From Candidatus Latescibacterota bacterium (lineage in GTDB: Bacteria; Latescibacterota; UBA2968; UBA8231), in the NCBI GenBank assembly GCA_965215195.1, contig CBDCDC010000002.1, positions 3,392,001 through 3,456,000 of the forward strand: a stretch of 64,000 nt of DNA, read 5' to 3'. The notes beneath the pieces were generated by a model. The model worked only from the letters and a program-made list of their open reading frames with translations, made no database searches and was not told where the DNA came from. Within the stretch, counting starts at the first letter, position 1; each line of letters begins with the position of its first letter. Below are positions 48,173 through 58,173 of this stretch, piece by piece. The position numbers and the translations under genes were made by a program.

Positions 48173-49816
48173 ATGATGCTGCGCTACCTATGGATCGCCT
48201 GCTTGGGCACCGCAAGTGGCTGCGGCCTCTCGTCGGAGCCGCCCGTAGCGGAAGTAGGACCGCACCAGATCACCGCCTCTGCGCTGAATACTTTTGTCGC
48301 CGCATGGTCGGGGAGCAGACCCGATTCGCAGACGGCCGACCAAGCCCGTCGGCACTATCTTCAGACCATGATCGACGCCCGCCTGTTGCTGGTAGAAGCC
48401 CGTGCCCTCGGGATCGATACCACGCAGGCCGTGCGGGCAACGGTTCAGGACGCAATCGACAACCGGGTCCGTGCCCTCTATCGGGCCCGCGAGATCACGG
48501 ATGCAATCGCAATTCCCGAAGACGAGATTCGCGCCTATTTCGACGCCGAAGGGTACGGTCTAGAGCGCAAGGTCAGCGGCATCCTAGTAGAGAGCCAGAC
48601 TGAGGCTAATTCGGTTTTGGCCCAACTGCGCGCCGGACGGCCCTTCGCAGAAATAGCCGCTGCCTACTCCAAAGACGCACACTCGGCGCGCCGGGGCGGC
48701 GAGTTGGGGTTTATAGGGCGCGACATGGCACCGCGGCTCCACATTCCACCGGAGGTTTTCCGCACCCTCCCCCTCGGCGCAATCTCGAATCCTGTGTACA
48801 CGGGCAAGTACTGGAACATCGTGCGCTTCACCGAAGAGCGTCCCGCCGCCTACGACAAGTATCGGGACTCCATTAAAAATCAACTCTTTGCAGAGCAATC
48901 TGCCCAAGCCAAAAAGGAACACCTCGAACTGCTCCACAACGCCTTTGAGGTGCGGCGGCACGAAGATGCCCTACAGCAGCTAGTAACCGCCTACAGACTA
49001 CAGGACCTATCCTCTCTGACCGCTGAATCGCTTCCCCTATATACCTTCGACGAGGGCGAGCTCACCTTGGCAGCAGCGGTGAAGGTTTTGCAGGAACAAA
49101 ACATCGGTTCCGGATTCGCCGAGAGCGTCCAAGCAGCTTCCACGCTCAGACGCATCGTGCTGAATCCCTTTCTCATCAAAGAGGCCGCACAGCGGGCCGG
49201 CTACTACCAAAAACCCGCAATCCAGCGGCTAAGACAGATCAAAGAAGAGGAGGCCTTGCTCGACGGTATCAAAGAGACTATAACTCGGGAAATAGATATA
49301 TCCGAAGAGGACGTGCGCCGCTACTACGACAGCCACCCCGAGGTTTTTAGCCACGAGCCTGCCGTATGGGTTGAGGAACTGCTCCTGCCCACGGCCGACG
49401 AGGCACAAAAAAAGAGGGCACTGCTAGAAGGTGGCACTCCCTTCGCCGACCTAGCGGGCGAAAGCCTGCGGTCAGACGCTATTGAGAAGGCCAATCGATT
49501 CCATTTCCATCCGCTGGAGAAGACCATCTATCCCAAGCTGATGGCGGCGATCGGGGAGGCACCCGAAGGCGAACTCGTCGGACCCGTGGCCATTGAGGGA
49601 GGTTTCTCCCTCTTTCGCGTACTCGACCATGAGGATGCCTCCATCGAACCCTATGAACAGGTTCAGAGGCGGGCCGCTTCCCTGCTGCGCCGAGAGCGGG
49701 AACACTGGTACCTGCAAGCCCTATTGGAGAAATTGCGAGAAAAGTACGCCGCCCAGATCAATATCGACGAATCGCGCCTGCGCGAAGCCGTGCCCGACAG
49801 TCTCCTGCGACGCTAA
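48173..49816 (+). CDS. Exported PpiC/parvulin-type foldase with two rotamase-like domains
   Basis: Lipoprotein-like leader ASGC, FAEIAAAYSKD...GGELGF, second domain FADLAGES...LVGPV. Confidence 0.8.
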   Translation: MMLRYLWIACLGTASGCGLSSEPPVAEVGPHQITASALNTFVAAWSGSRPDSQTADQARRHYLQTMIDARLLLVEARALGIDTTQAVRATVQDAIDNRVRALYRAREITDAIAIPEDEIRAYFDAEGYGLERKVSGILVESQTEANSVLAQLRAGRPFAEIAAAYSKDAHSARRGGELGFIGRDMAPRLHIPPEVFRTLPLGAISNPVYTGKYWNIVRFTEERPAAYDKYRDSIKNQLFAEQSAQAKKEHLELLHNAFEVRRHEDALQQLVTAYRLQDLSSLTAESLPLYTFDEGELTLAAAVKVLQEQNIGSGFAESVQAASTLRRIVLNPFLIKEAAQRAGYYQKPAIQRLRQIKEEEALLDGIKETITREIDISEEDVRRYYDSHPEVFSHEPAVWVEELLLPTADEAQKKRALLEGGTPFADLAGESLRSDAIEKANRFHFHPLEKTIYPKLMAAIGEAPEGELVGPVAIEGGFSLFRVLDHEDASIEPYEQVQRRAASLLRREREHWYLQALLEKLREKYAAQINIDESRLREAVPDSLLRR

Positions 49817-49893
49817 GAAGCTGTCTGGCATCCTAGTGCAGCCCCAAGCGCGGGCGCAAACGCGACATCTACCGGGCATTTTCAGACAGCTTC
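49817..49893. mobile_element. Small MITE of a second family (11-bp TIR, TAA target duplication)
   Basis: GAAGCTGTCTG ... CAGACAGCTTC flanked by TAA (49814-49816, the PPIase stop codon) and TAA (49894-49896). Confidence 0.65.
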
Positions 49894-50022
49894 TAAATCC
49901 CGACATTGACGTGACGCATTTACGCAGCCTCGCCAAATTGGTATTCTACACATAAAGGGGATGGGCCAAGGACATCCAGCCCGTCAAGTGGAGACTCACC
50001 GCCTGCAAATCAGGAGGTAGCC

Positions 50023-53000
50023 ATGGGACATTTTAGCAAACGACTCGTCCAATCGTCGCCTCTCTTCTTCACCTTGATTTTCTGCTTAGGCTTTCTCGCC
50101 GCTGGGCGGGAAGCACTCGCCCAGCGCAGCAAAGGACATCGGGTTACCAATAGCCGCATCATCGTCGAGACCGCCGAGCACTGGCGTAGCTGGCAGCTAC
50201 CCATCCACGCCGTTGATGTGCTACCTGAAGGAGGGGTTCGACCCCACCGCTCGCGCCAGCGCTACAATATTCTCGACGACCAAGATACCTTTACCCGCCC
50301 CCTGAACGATTTCAGGCGCAAGAAAAATCAGCACGCCATCCTCAATATCGACAGCACCTTCACGCTTGACGTGAAGGGCAACGTCCTTACCGACAGAAAA
50401 GGCAACCCCCTCCATACCTACTTTGCTCGACCGGGTATTAGCCGGGTAGGGTCCAATCCACGAGCAGCGAGAAACATCCTCGATGGCGACCCGAGCACCT
50501 ACTGGGAACCGGACCGTAACGATCCTCTCGACGACTGGTGGATCGAGGTGGACTTGGGCAGGGTCGTAGCTGTCGATGAGATTTTGTTGCACTTCGTAGG
50601 CGAAGAGCTCGGCGACCCGTTTCTGAGCTTCAGAGTCCTAATAGCACCCGATCAAGAAGCCATCCTCGAAGAGGTCGACGAAGTGGACTTAGATCGCGTC
50701 GGCGGTACGCAGGCACCCAACCGGGACCAGCGCGACTTCAGCTTTGCGCTGAGGCAGCCTGATAGCTCTCCTAGCTGGCGAGGAAGGCTGGTGCAGACCA
50801 TTCGCATCGTCGTCACCGATACCCGCGCCGGCCGCGGCACTGAAGTCGATGAAGAGCAATGGTTAGCCCTCAACCCGTCAGACAGGGGCGACATCCTCTA
50901 TTTTGTCAAGGACCAGCAGGGTTTTGAGGAACGCTTGGACCAGAGCCGTCTCGAAGAGCCGGTGGAGATTTTCTACGACAACCTGCCACCCGAAAGGCAG
51001 GGAGCTAAAAAATTCTTCATTCGCGAGCGGCCCCGCCTAGCCGATATCGAGGTTTGGGGCTTTGGTGACAACATCAGCCCGGGGATCGTCAAGGGCGGCG
51101 GCAGCCTCTTTCTCTCAGGGGAAAATTTCTCGCCTGGTCCGGGTTTCGACGGCGATTACAATACCAACTTCCTGCACTTGGTTTGGTCCCCGCTCATTGA
51201 GCGCGGTGTGCTGACCGTCGATATGGGTGCTTCCTTCTTCCTCGACGCCATAGCGGTCTCAACTTCGGGGCGGCGGCGCTTTATCGATGGCTATATCATG
51301 CGCGGCTCGGATGGCTCGCGGGATTCCTCCGGCCGCTTGAAATGGCACCGCATCAGCTCGCGAGAACGCGAGGACAACAGCGTTGACCGCTATGAGCACC
51401 TCCTTGACACGTATGACGGGATCGAACTCCGCTTCCTCGAAATGACTGTCGTCTCCGTGGATCCCCGCCGCCGCGGTGGCTACAATACGGGAGCCGATAT
51501 CGGCGAATACCAGATCTTTTCCCAAGGCTACCCCGCCGAGGTAGTACTGACCTCGGACCTGATCGAATTGCCAGCCACTCGCAACTTTGGTCGCATCACC
51601 TATGAGAGCGAGGTTCCACCCGGCACCAGCCTCAAGATTCGCACCCGCTCCGGCGATCTGCTTGGCAAAATCATCCGCTACTTCGACAAATCCGGCACCG
51701 AACTCACTTTTGATGCTTGGAACAGCTTGCTCAACAGTTACAAGGGGCCGGTCGATACCTCCTTCGTGCCTGCCAGCGGCTGGAGCCCCTATAGCCGACC
51801 CTATCAGCAGTCGGGAGATCGCGTCACCTCGCCAGGGTTGCGTAGGTTCATGCAGATCCAAGTCAAACTGGAGACCACAGACCGCAATATCGCCGCGGCG
51901 ATCAATTCCATTGACATCGAACTCGTCAAGCCGGTAGCCTCCAACATAGTGGCTGAGCTATGGCCGTCTGCGGTAAAGGTGCTAGGACGGATTGATACCT
52001 TCGAAGTCTTTGTCCAGTCCCAGTTTATAGAGTCGCCCGCCACTTCGCGCAGTGTCGGCTTCAACGAAATCCTCCTCGCCATGCCCCCATCCCAAGAGAT
52101 GCAACTTCTCGAAGTGGGCATCCAAAACAGCACTGTTGGAGCAGAGCGGATATTCTCGCCTTTGGGAGACCCCACGCTCTTTGCCAATGGGGACGGCAGC
52201 CAAATTGAACTGCTGAGTCCTAGCTCCGATTCGCTCTGGATACGCCTACCCGAATCCCTCAACGCGCTGGTGGATGCTCCCCGCATTTACAACCGCCGCA
52301 CCTCTAAGGGCGATCAAGTGCCGGTGACCGCAGACGGCCTGCCCCTAACGGACGCAGCCTATGGCCTGCTTGAGGTGGAGGAACAGGGCGATATCCGCTA
52401 TTTCCGCCGCACCGTGGATGCCCAAGGCGAAATCACCCTGTCCGCGGTCTCCGAAGCCGCCTACCAAGAACTCGAGGCCGACCAGCAGGGTCCGATTCGC
52501 TACTTCCGCATTCTGCGCGGCGATGGTGCCCAGTTCCCCTTTGATGCTGCGGGCGACTCGCTTGATGCGACAGCCTATAACCGCCTGTCCTCCTCCTTCC
52601 GGGGGACCGTGGTCGCCGCGGGTGCTCTAATGCGGCTGCGCTTTGCCGCTCCCGTCTTTGTCAACGGCACTACCTTGGAAATGACCGTGCGCAATACGGG
52701 CGGCACCAATATGGCTGCGCCTTGGCAAAGAGTCGAAGCCGGCGACGCGACAGCGCTGATAGGCAGCAATGCACTTTCGATCAACCTGCCGCTCAACGCC
52801 AAGGCAGTTGACGAATTCCGCATCGCCCCCAATCCGTTTACTCCCAACGGCGATGGGATAAACGACGAGACTGAAATCCGCTTCTCCGTCTTCAAACTCA
52901 CCGCTCCGCGACAGGCCCAAGTGCGGGTTTACACGCTGGCAGGTCGCAAAGTTTGGGAGAACACCCAGATACTTCAAAGTGGTCGCGTCAGCATTTCTTG

Positions 53001-53124
53001 GGATGGAATAGACCCGAGCGGCCGCAAAGTACCGCCTGGGCTATACGTTTGCCAAGTGCGCCTCGACACAGATCGGGAAAGCCGCTCGGCCACGCGGACG
53101 CGCCTACTCTCCATCGCCTATTAG
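50023..53124 (+). CDS. Large secreted protein with discoidin-like domains and C-terminal FlgD-Ig/CHU-type domain
   Basis: AGGAGG RBS, signal peptide, LDGDPSTYW...WIEVDLG, PNPFTPNGDGIND...WDG...PPGLY. Confidence 0.8.
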   Translation: MGHFSKRLVQSSPLFFTLIFCLGFLAAGREALAQRSKGHRVTNSRIIVETAEHWRSWQLPIHAVDVLPEGGVRPHRSRQRYNILDDQDTFTRPLNDFRRKKNQHAILNIDSTFTLDVKGNVLTDRKGNPLHTYFARPGISRVGSNPRAARNILDGDPSTYWEPDRNDPLDDWWIEVDLGRVVAVDEILLHFVGEELGDPFLSFRVLIAPDQEAILEEVDEVDLDRVGGTQAPNRDQRDFSFALRQPDSSPSWRGRLVQTIRIVVTDTRAGRGTEVDEEQWLALNPSDRGDILYFVKDQQGFEERLDQSRLEEPVEIFYDNLPPERQGAKKFFIRERPRLADIEVWGFGDNISPGIVKGGGSLFLSGENFSPGPGFDGDYNTNFLHLVWSPLIERGVLTVDMGASFFLDAIAVSTSGRRRFIDGYIMRGSDGSRDSSGRLKWHRISSREREDNSVDRYEHLLDTYDGIELRFLEMTVVSVDPRRRGGYNTGADIGEYQIFSQGYPAEVVLTSDLIELPATRNFGRITYESEVPPGTSLKIRTRSGDLLGKIIRYFDKSGTELTFDAWNSLLNSYKGPVDTSFVPASGWSPYSRPYQQSGDRVTSPGLRRFMQIQVKLETTDRNIAAAINSIDIELVKPVASNIVAELWPSAVKVLGRIDTFEVFVQSQFIESPATSRSVGFNEILLAMPPSQEMQLLEVGIQNSTVGAERIFSPLGDPTLFANGDGSQIELLSPSSDSLWIRLPESLNALVDAPRIYNRRTSKGDQVPVTADGLPLTDAAYGLLEVEEQGDIRYFRRTVDAQGEITLSAVSEAAYQELEADQQGPIRYFRILRGDGAQFPFDAAGDSLDATAYNRLSSSFRGTVVAAGALMRLRFAAPVFVNGTTLEMTVRNTGGTNMAAPWQRVEAGDATALIGSNALSINLPLNAKAVDEFRIAPNPFTPNGDGINDETEIRFSVFKLTAPRQAQVRVYTLAGRKVWENTQILQSGRVSISWDGIDPSGRKVPPGLYVCQVRLDTDRESRSATRTRLLSIAY

Positions 53125-53213
53125 AATTGTTTGACAGACAAGCGGTTTTGCCATACTTAATTTTGGTCGCGGGGTATTGGTAGATGTGATATTACTACTC
53201 TGAGGAGGTCGTC

Positions 53214-55895
53214 GTGCAGAGAACGAAAAGCACCCGCTCGTTTGTGTTGGCTGTTCTGGTCCCGTGTTGTCTCCTGTCGCTTCCCCAGCTTGGCACGGCT
53301 CAGGAATACGGTGCTCGTCTGGGCACCATCCAACCAAGCGGCAAGGTTTCCTTCGAGCCCCAAGGTCCTGGAGTCCTCTTCGGTGCCCTCGATCCGGCCA
53401 AGCGGAGGTGGTACGTGCCCCAAGAGCTCTACAAAGAGTACCGGTGGAACCAATGGGAGTACTCGAACTATGCGCGCCAACACTACGAGCGCTACGTCAA
53501 CATCACCAACGAGGGCGACTCTTACTACGACCTCTACGGCAACTTCGTCACCCGAGGCTGGCTCCTTTTTAACAACTCCCAATCCCAGCCCCAGCAGTTC
53601 GGCTCCTCGGTACTCAAAGGCAACAGGTTCCAAGGCTGGTTCAGTGGGTTGTTGGTCTCGGCCGACGCCAAGGGCCAGCACCACTACTCGGTGACTATCG
53701 GCGACAATATCCGCACCACGCTTACACCTATGACCTTCTCCAAGCCCCGCTGGGATGGCGTCCAGTTCGACTACGCCGCCGACAAGTACCAAGGTACGCT
53801 CATCTACTCGCGCCTCAGCCAACCCGGTGGCAGCACCACCAACGATCTAGAGGTCCTCGCCACCAATGCCACTTCCATGGTCGGCGGGCGCGGCACCATG
53901 CAGGTGGGCGACTTCGCCATCTTGGGCTTGACGGCCGTCAACTCCCACCAATCCAACACCCTCATCAGCGGCTTCAGGGGCAACCCGGTCACCGGCAAAC
54001 TCACTATCGACCAGAACCAAACGATCTCCTTCATCGAAATCGTGCTGCGCGACGACTCGCCCGAAGACCAAGTCGGCGGCGCTGCTTTCTTCCCCACTGG
54101 CTCTGACATCATCATTACTTACAACGACGGCACGGTAGATCGGGGCAAGGATATACGCTTCAAGCCGATCATCGAGGGCGGCTTTATCCGCCAAGGCTTT
54201 CTCTCTGCCGATGGCACCGAGGAGATCCGCCTGCGCTACGATTTCGACAGCCCGGCTTTTGTCAATCGTTCATCTGGTGCTAAGGAAGAAATCAAAAGAG
54301 TCGAGTTCCGCCTAGTGCTGGGCAATGATTACCAAGTCTGGATCTCTTCAAACAACCAGCTCAATACCTCGGATGTCTCGGTGCTCTTGCTGGTTGCCCA
54401 AGCCGAGGGCAATGTCCAAGACAACACCAACTTGCAGGTCGTTAGCTTCGAGTACGGTTTACCCACGGCGACCCAGATCTGGGGTGCCACCCTCGAATTA
54501 GCGGAAGTTTTTGGCTTCAACTTCTACGGCGAATACGACTTGAGTTACTCTTATGTCCAGTATCCCAACGTGTTGCGCAAGAGCCACTCAACTTCCTCGG
54601 GGCTCCGCGGCGATCGGGCGGCACCAGCTTGGATGATCAACCTCTCGCGCAACACGTATCCTTGGTTCGCCTTCGGCGAGGCCTACAGCATGGATCCGCG
54701 CTACAATACCAAGACCTTCACCACGCTGAGTTCCGGCTTCATTGACTACGAGGACGAACGCGTCCACGCAGTTGAGCTAGTCGAGGACAACGACGACCAA
54801 GACCGTTTCCCTGACACTGTGCGCAAGGACTGGCGCGCCGGCGACCAAGAAGTCTATCCCGGCTGGGACGAGAACAACGACTTCATCTCCGACTTCAACC
54901 AGAACGACAATCGCTTCCTCTCCAACTCCTTACCCGACTACGAAGAGCCTTTCCTGCGCCACAATGTCGACCGTCCCGAGTTTCTCTTCGGCATCGACCT
55001 CAACAACAACGTCTGGATTGACCGCTTTGAAAACGACGAAGCACCCGACTACCCCTACAAGAAGGACCATCGGGGGTTCAACGTATATGGCGGTATGCAC
55101 CTGACGCCAGAGGTCCGGCTGATGGCCGGGGTCCTGCGCGAAGACCTCATCTCCTCAAAGCAAAAAAACCGCGTCGAGTACGTGCTTTTCACCATCGACA
55201 AGTCCACGCCTCATTGGGGGCGCTTTCGCCTCTTTGAGATGCTCAAGTCGGTCGAGGACGACATTCCCGACGACCTGCAGCAGTGGTTGCCTAACGCCAA
55301 TATCCGCACCGGCGAATCGACCAAGATCGAGGACCCCCTCATCGCTCGCGATACCTATATCAACGCCCTATGGCTGGGCCACGATTATCAGCACGGAGGC
55401 TTCATCGCCAAAAACTTCCTCAAATACGATACGTATTACCAGCGCCTCGACGAGGACCAACGCGCCCCCTTAGGCTTGCGCCAGCGCGATTTTTTCTTTG
55501 GCTTCATCAACAAAGTGAGCTACCGCCTCAACCTAGGGCGGCTGTGGGTTGAGCCGCGCTGGAAGAGCGAGTACCGCCAACAGACCATCGACTTACTCTC
55601 TCAAGAAAAACGGACCGAACTTGCCGAGATCGGCGGTTTCCTACTCGGCTTTCCCATGCTCCAGCACACAACCCTGCAGCTCGGCTTGGAGTTCACCTTT
55701 GTCAACGATTTCGAGCGCGACCTCAACGACTCCAACAGCATCGTCGGAGCTGCCCAGTTCACCAATGTATCTGACTATCTGGGGTACAAGCTCACCACGC
55801 AGATGGGCACGCGGATAGACCGCCGCAACCCCAAGGGTGACGAATCGGAAACCATCACCGAAAGCTTCATCACCGTTTACGCTGGCCTGCAATAA
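53214..55895 (+). CDS. Large exported hypothetical protein, probably outer-membrane
   Basis: GAGGAGG RBS, signal peptide, amphipathic beta-strand pattern, Asp/Asn-rich DxNxD-type loops. Confidence 0.7.
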   Translation: MQRTKSTRSFVLAVLVPCCLLSLPQLGTAQEYGARLGTIQPSGKVSFEPQGPGVLFGALDPAKRRWYVPQELYKEYRWNQWEYSNYARQHYERYVNITNEGDSYYDLYGNFVTRGWLLFNNSQSQPQQFGSSVLKGNRFQGWFSGLLVSADAKGQHHYSVTIGDNIRTTLTPMTFSKPRWDGVQFDYAADKYQGTLIYSRLSQPGGSTTNDLEVLATNATSMVGGRGTMQVGDFAILGLTAVNSHQSNTLISGFRGNPVTGKLTIDQNQTISFIEIVLRDDSPEDQVGGAAFFPTGSDIIITYNDGTVDRGKDIRFKPIIEGGFIRQGFLSADGTEEIRLRYDFDSPAFVNRSSGAKEEIKRVEFRLVLGNDYQVWISSNNQLNTSDVSVLLLVAQAEGNVQDNTNLQVVSFEYGLPTATQIWGATLELAEVFGFNFYGEYDLSYSYVQYPNVLRKSHSTSSGLRGDRAAPAWMINLSRNTYPWFAFGEAYSMDPRYNTKTFTTLSSGFIDYEDERVHAVELVEDNDDQDRFPDTVRKDWRAGDQEVYPGWDENNDFISDFNQNDNRFLSNSLPDYEEPFLRHNVDRPEFLFGIDLNNNVWIDRFENDEAPDYPYKKDHRGFNVYGGMHLTPEVRLMAGVLREDLISSKQKNRVEYVLFTIDKSTPHWGRFRLFEMLKSVEDDIPDDLQQWLPNANIRTGESTKIEDPLIARDTYINALWLGHDYQHGGFIAKNFLKYDTYYQRLDEDQRAPLGLRQRDFFFGFINKVSYRLNLGRLWVEPRWKSEYRQQTIDLLSQEKRTELAEIGGFLLGFPMLQHTTLQLGLEFTFVNDFERDLNDSNSIVGAAQFTNVSDYLGYKLTTQMGTRIDRRNPKGDESETITESFITVYAGLQ

Positions 55896-55905
55896 CTTTG
55901 GCCTT

Positions 55906-58164
55906 ATGGCCCCGAGCCGCCGCGAACTTTGGATCTGCGCCCTCATCGTCCTGTTGGCCTTGGGCCTGCGTCTCTTCTACCTGAGCGAACTCTCCACCAG
56001 TCCGCTTTTCGCCGTTCCGGTCGTCGATGCCCGGATCTACGTCGATGAGGCCCGCTACCTCAGCGAGGTTTCTTGGGCCGGGCGACCGACGCCCTTTTGG
56101 CAACCACCGCTCTATCCCTATCTGCTTGGTCTGCTCTTCTCCGTAGGCGGCGAAAATTATTACCTGCCTCGCTTGCTCCAAGCCCTATTCGGTGCGTTCG
56201 TCTGCGGGCTAACCTATCTGCTCGGCCTCCGTCTCTTTCCTCCGGCCGTGGCACTCGGCGCGGGGCTGGCCGCCACTTTCTATGGCCCGCTGATTTACTT
56301 TGGCGGCGAATTGCTGCCCACCATCCCAGCCCTCCTCCTCGACTTGGCTCTGCTGCTCTTGCTGCTCACCGCTCCCCTAAAGCAGCGCTGGCCGTGGCTG
56401 ATCGCCGGTATTACACTGGGGCTGGCCGCCCTAGCGGTATCCAATATTCTCCTCTTCGCGCCGGTATTGCTTGCTTGGCTCTGGTTTTCTCAGGGGAACT
56501 TTGTCCAGCGAGGAGCCTTGTTGCTCCTCGGCATCGCGCTGGTCATTGCCCCGGTTGCGTTGCGCAATTATCTAGTCGGCGACGACTGGGTTCTAATCTC
56601 GCACAACGCCGGCATCAATTTCTACATCGGCAATAACCCTGACTACCAACGCACGGTCAATATCCGTCCTGGTAGGGCTTGGCTCCAGCTAGTGGAAATG
56701 CCCGAACGCGAAGCCGGCATTGAACGCCCCTCAGCTAAATCCCGTTTCTTCTTCGCCCGTTCTTGGGACTTCGCCGCCGCGAATCCGCTCGACTATGCGT
56801 GGCTACAGCTTTACAAGCTCTATCTATTTTGGCACGGCGACGAAATAAAACGCAACATCGATCCATATTTTGCCCGCCGCGACTCAGCACTTTTGGCCGC
56901 TCTCTTGTGGAAAAAGGGCGTGGCCTTCCCCTTCGGATTAGTAGCCCCATTCGCCCTCTTAGGTCTAGTGCTCTTTACGCGCACCTCGGCGGGCAAGACC
57001 GAGCAGGGGCATATCTTCTTGCTATTCACTCTGACGTACATGGTCTCGGTGGTGCTCTTCTTCGTTACCTCGCGCTACCGGCTGCCCGTCGTGCCCTTGC
57101 TTTCACTCTACGCCGGCTTCGGGATGTATTCACTGTGGAAAGAAGCACAGTACCGCAGGAAGGCCCTAGTGGCTTTGCCCCTTCTGGCACTCTTGACCAA
57201 TATCGGTGCCGGGGCTATGGACGAGGCGGGCGAACCTCAGCAGCACTTCTGGCTGGGCTATGCCTACGAGCGCAACGGTATGCCGGCCAATGCCATGCGC
57301 GAATACAGGTGGGTCCTCAAGCAGCTTCCCGACCACGACGACGCGCTTTTGCGCCTAGCGGCCCTCTACGTTGACGAAAAGGAATACCACAAAGCCGTCG
57401 ATCTCTACAGAAAATATCTGGAGTTTTACCCCGAGGCGGACCGAGTCCGCTACTTTCTCGGCAATGCCCTGTTGCACATGCATCGCTACGAAGACGCCAT
57501 CGCCACCTACGAGCAGGTCGCCGCAAAGCGCCCCAACTGGGCGACCATCTACGGCCGAATCGGCTATGCCCACGCAATGGCGGGCCAACTCGGCCAAGCA
57601 GCCCATGCCTACCGCCGCACCCTAGCACTGCGTCCCGATTCCACCGTGGTGCGCTACCAGTTGGCTCGGCTCTATGAAACAGAAGGCCAGTTGCAGGCCG
57701 CTGCCGCTGAGTACCGCACACTGCTGGAGCAAGCCCCTACCGAACCCGAGTACTGCATCCGCCTAGCCGATCTGCTCGTCGAGGAAGCAACCACTGGACA
57801 GACGACCGCACTCTTGGAGCAGACACTCCAAACCCAGAAGGCCGAGGCTCTTTTGCGCCGGGCTATCGACCTAGACCCAAACCTCCTCCAAGGCTATTGG
57901 AGCATGGGGCTACTCTTAGCTCGACAGAATCGCTATCCCGAAGCCTTAATTTTCTTCGAGAAAATTGCCGAACTCTCGCCGCAGGATTCCCAAGTACACG
58001 CCTGTCTGGGCAATGTTTACGAGCGCCTTGGCAGAGAAGCCGAAGCACAGAAGCACTTCGCTTACTACGACGAACTCAAGCGAAAACGGCGTTTGCAGGA
58101 CAAGGCGAGGGCAGAAGTAGAAAAGAATTTAGAACTGGTGCAGAAGATACTCGGACAGCGATAG
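55906..58164 (+). CDS. GT-C (PMT/ArnT-like) glycosyltransferase with C-terminal TPR repeats
   Basis: VDARIY, WQPPLYPY, NFYIGNN, SRYRLP in a multi-TM domain, followed by TPRs. Confidence 0.85.
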   Translation: MAPSRRELWICALIVLLALGLRLFYLSELSTSPLFAVPVVDARIYVDEARYLSEVSWAGRPTPFWQPPLYPYLLGLLFSVGGENYYLPRLLQALFGAFVCGLTYLLGLRLFPPAVALGAGLAATFYGPLIYFGGELLPTIPALLLDLALLLLLLTAPLKQRWPWLIAGITLGLAALAVSNILLFAPVLLAWLWFSQGNFVQRGALLLLGIALVIAPVALRNYLVGDDWVLISHNAGINFYIGNNPDYQRTVNIRPGRAWLQLVEMPEREAGIERPSAKSRFFFARSWDFAAANPLDYAWLQLYKLYLFWHGDEIKRNIDPYFARRDSALLAALLWKKGVAFPFGLVAPFALLGLVLFTRTSAGKTEQGHIFLLFTLTYMVSVVLFFVTSRYRLPVVPLLSLYAGFGMYSLWKEAQYRRKALVALPLLALLTNIGAGAMDEAGEPQQHFWLGYAYERNGMPANAMREYRWVLKQLPDHDDALLRLAALYVDEKEYHKAVDLYRKYLEFYPEADRVRYFLGNALLHMHRYEDAIATYEQVAAKRPNWATIYGRIGYAHAMAGQLGQAAHAYRRTLALRPDSTVVRYQLARLYETEGQLQAAAAEYRTLLEQAPTEPEYCIRLADLLVEEATTGQTTALLEQTLQTQKAEALLRRAIDLDPNLLQGYWSMGLLLARQNRYPEALIFFEKIAELSPQDSQVHACLGNVYERLGREAEAQKHFAYYDELKRKRRLQDKARAEVEKNLELVQKILGQR

Positions 58165-58173
58165 AATCCGCGT

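Noticed and set aside
28161-55905. Extended N-termini in the ORF track (28161, 29240, 38945, 42549, 44210, 48062, 55837)
   Set aside because: Most overlap upstream genes. Downstream ATGs fit signal peptides, RBSs or family N-termini better.
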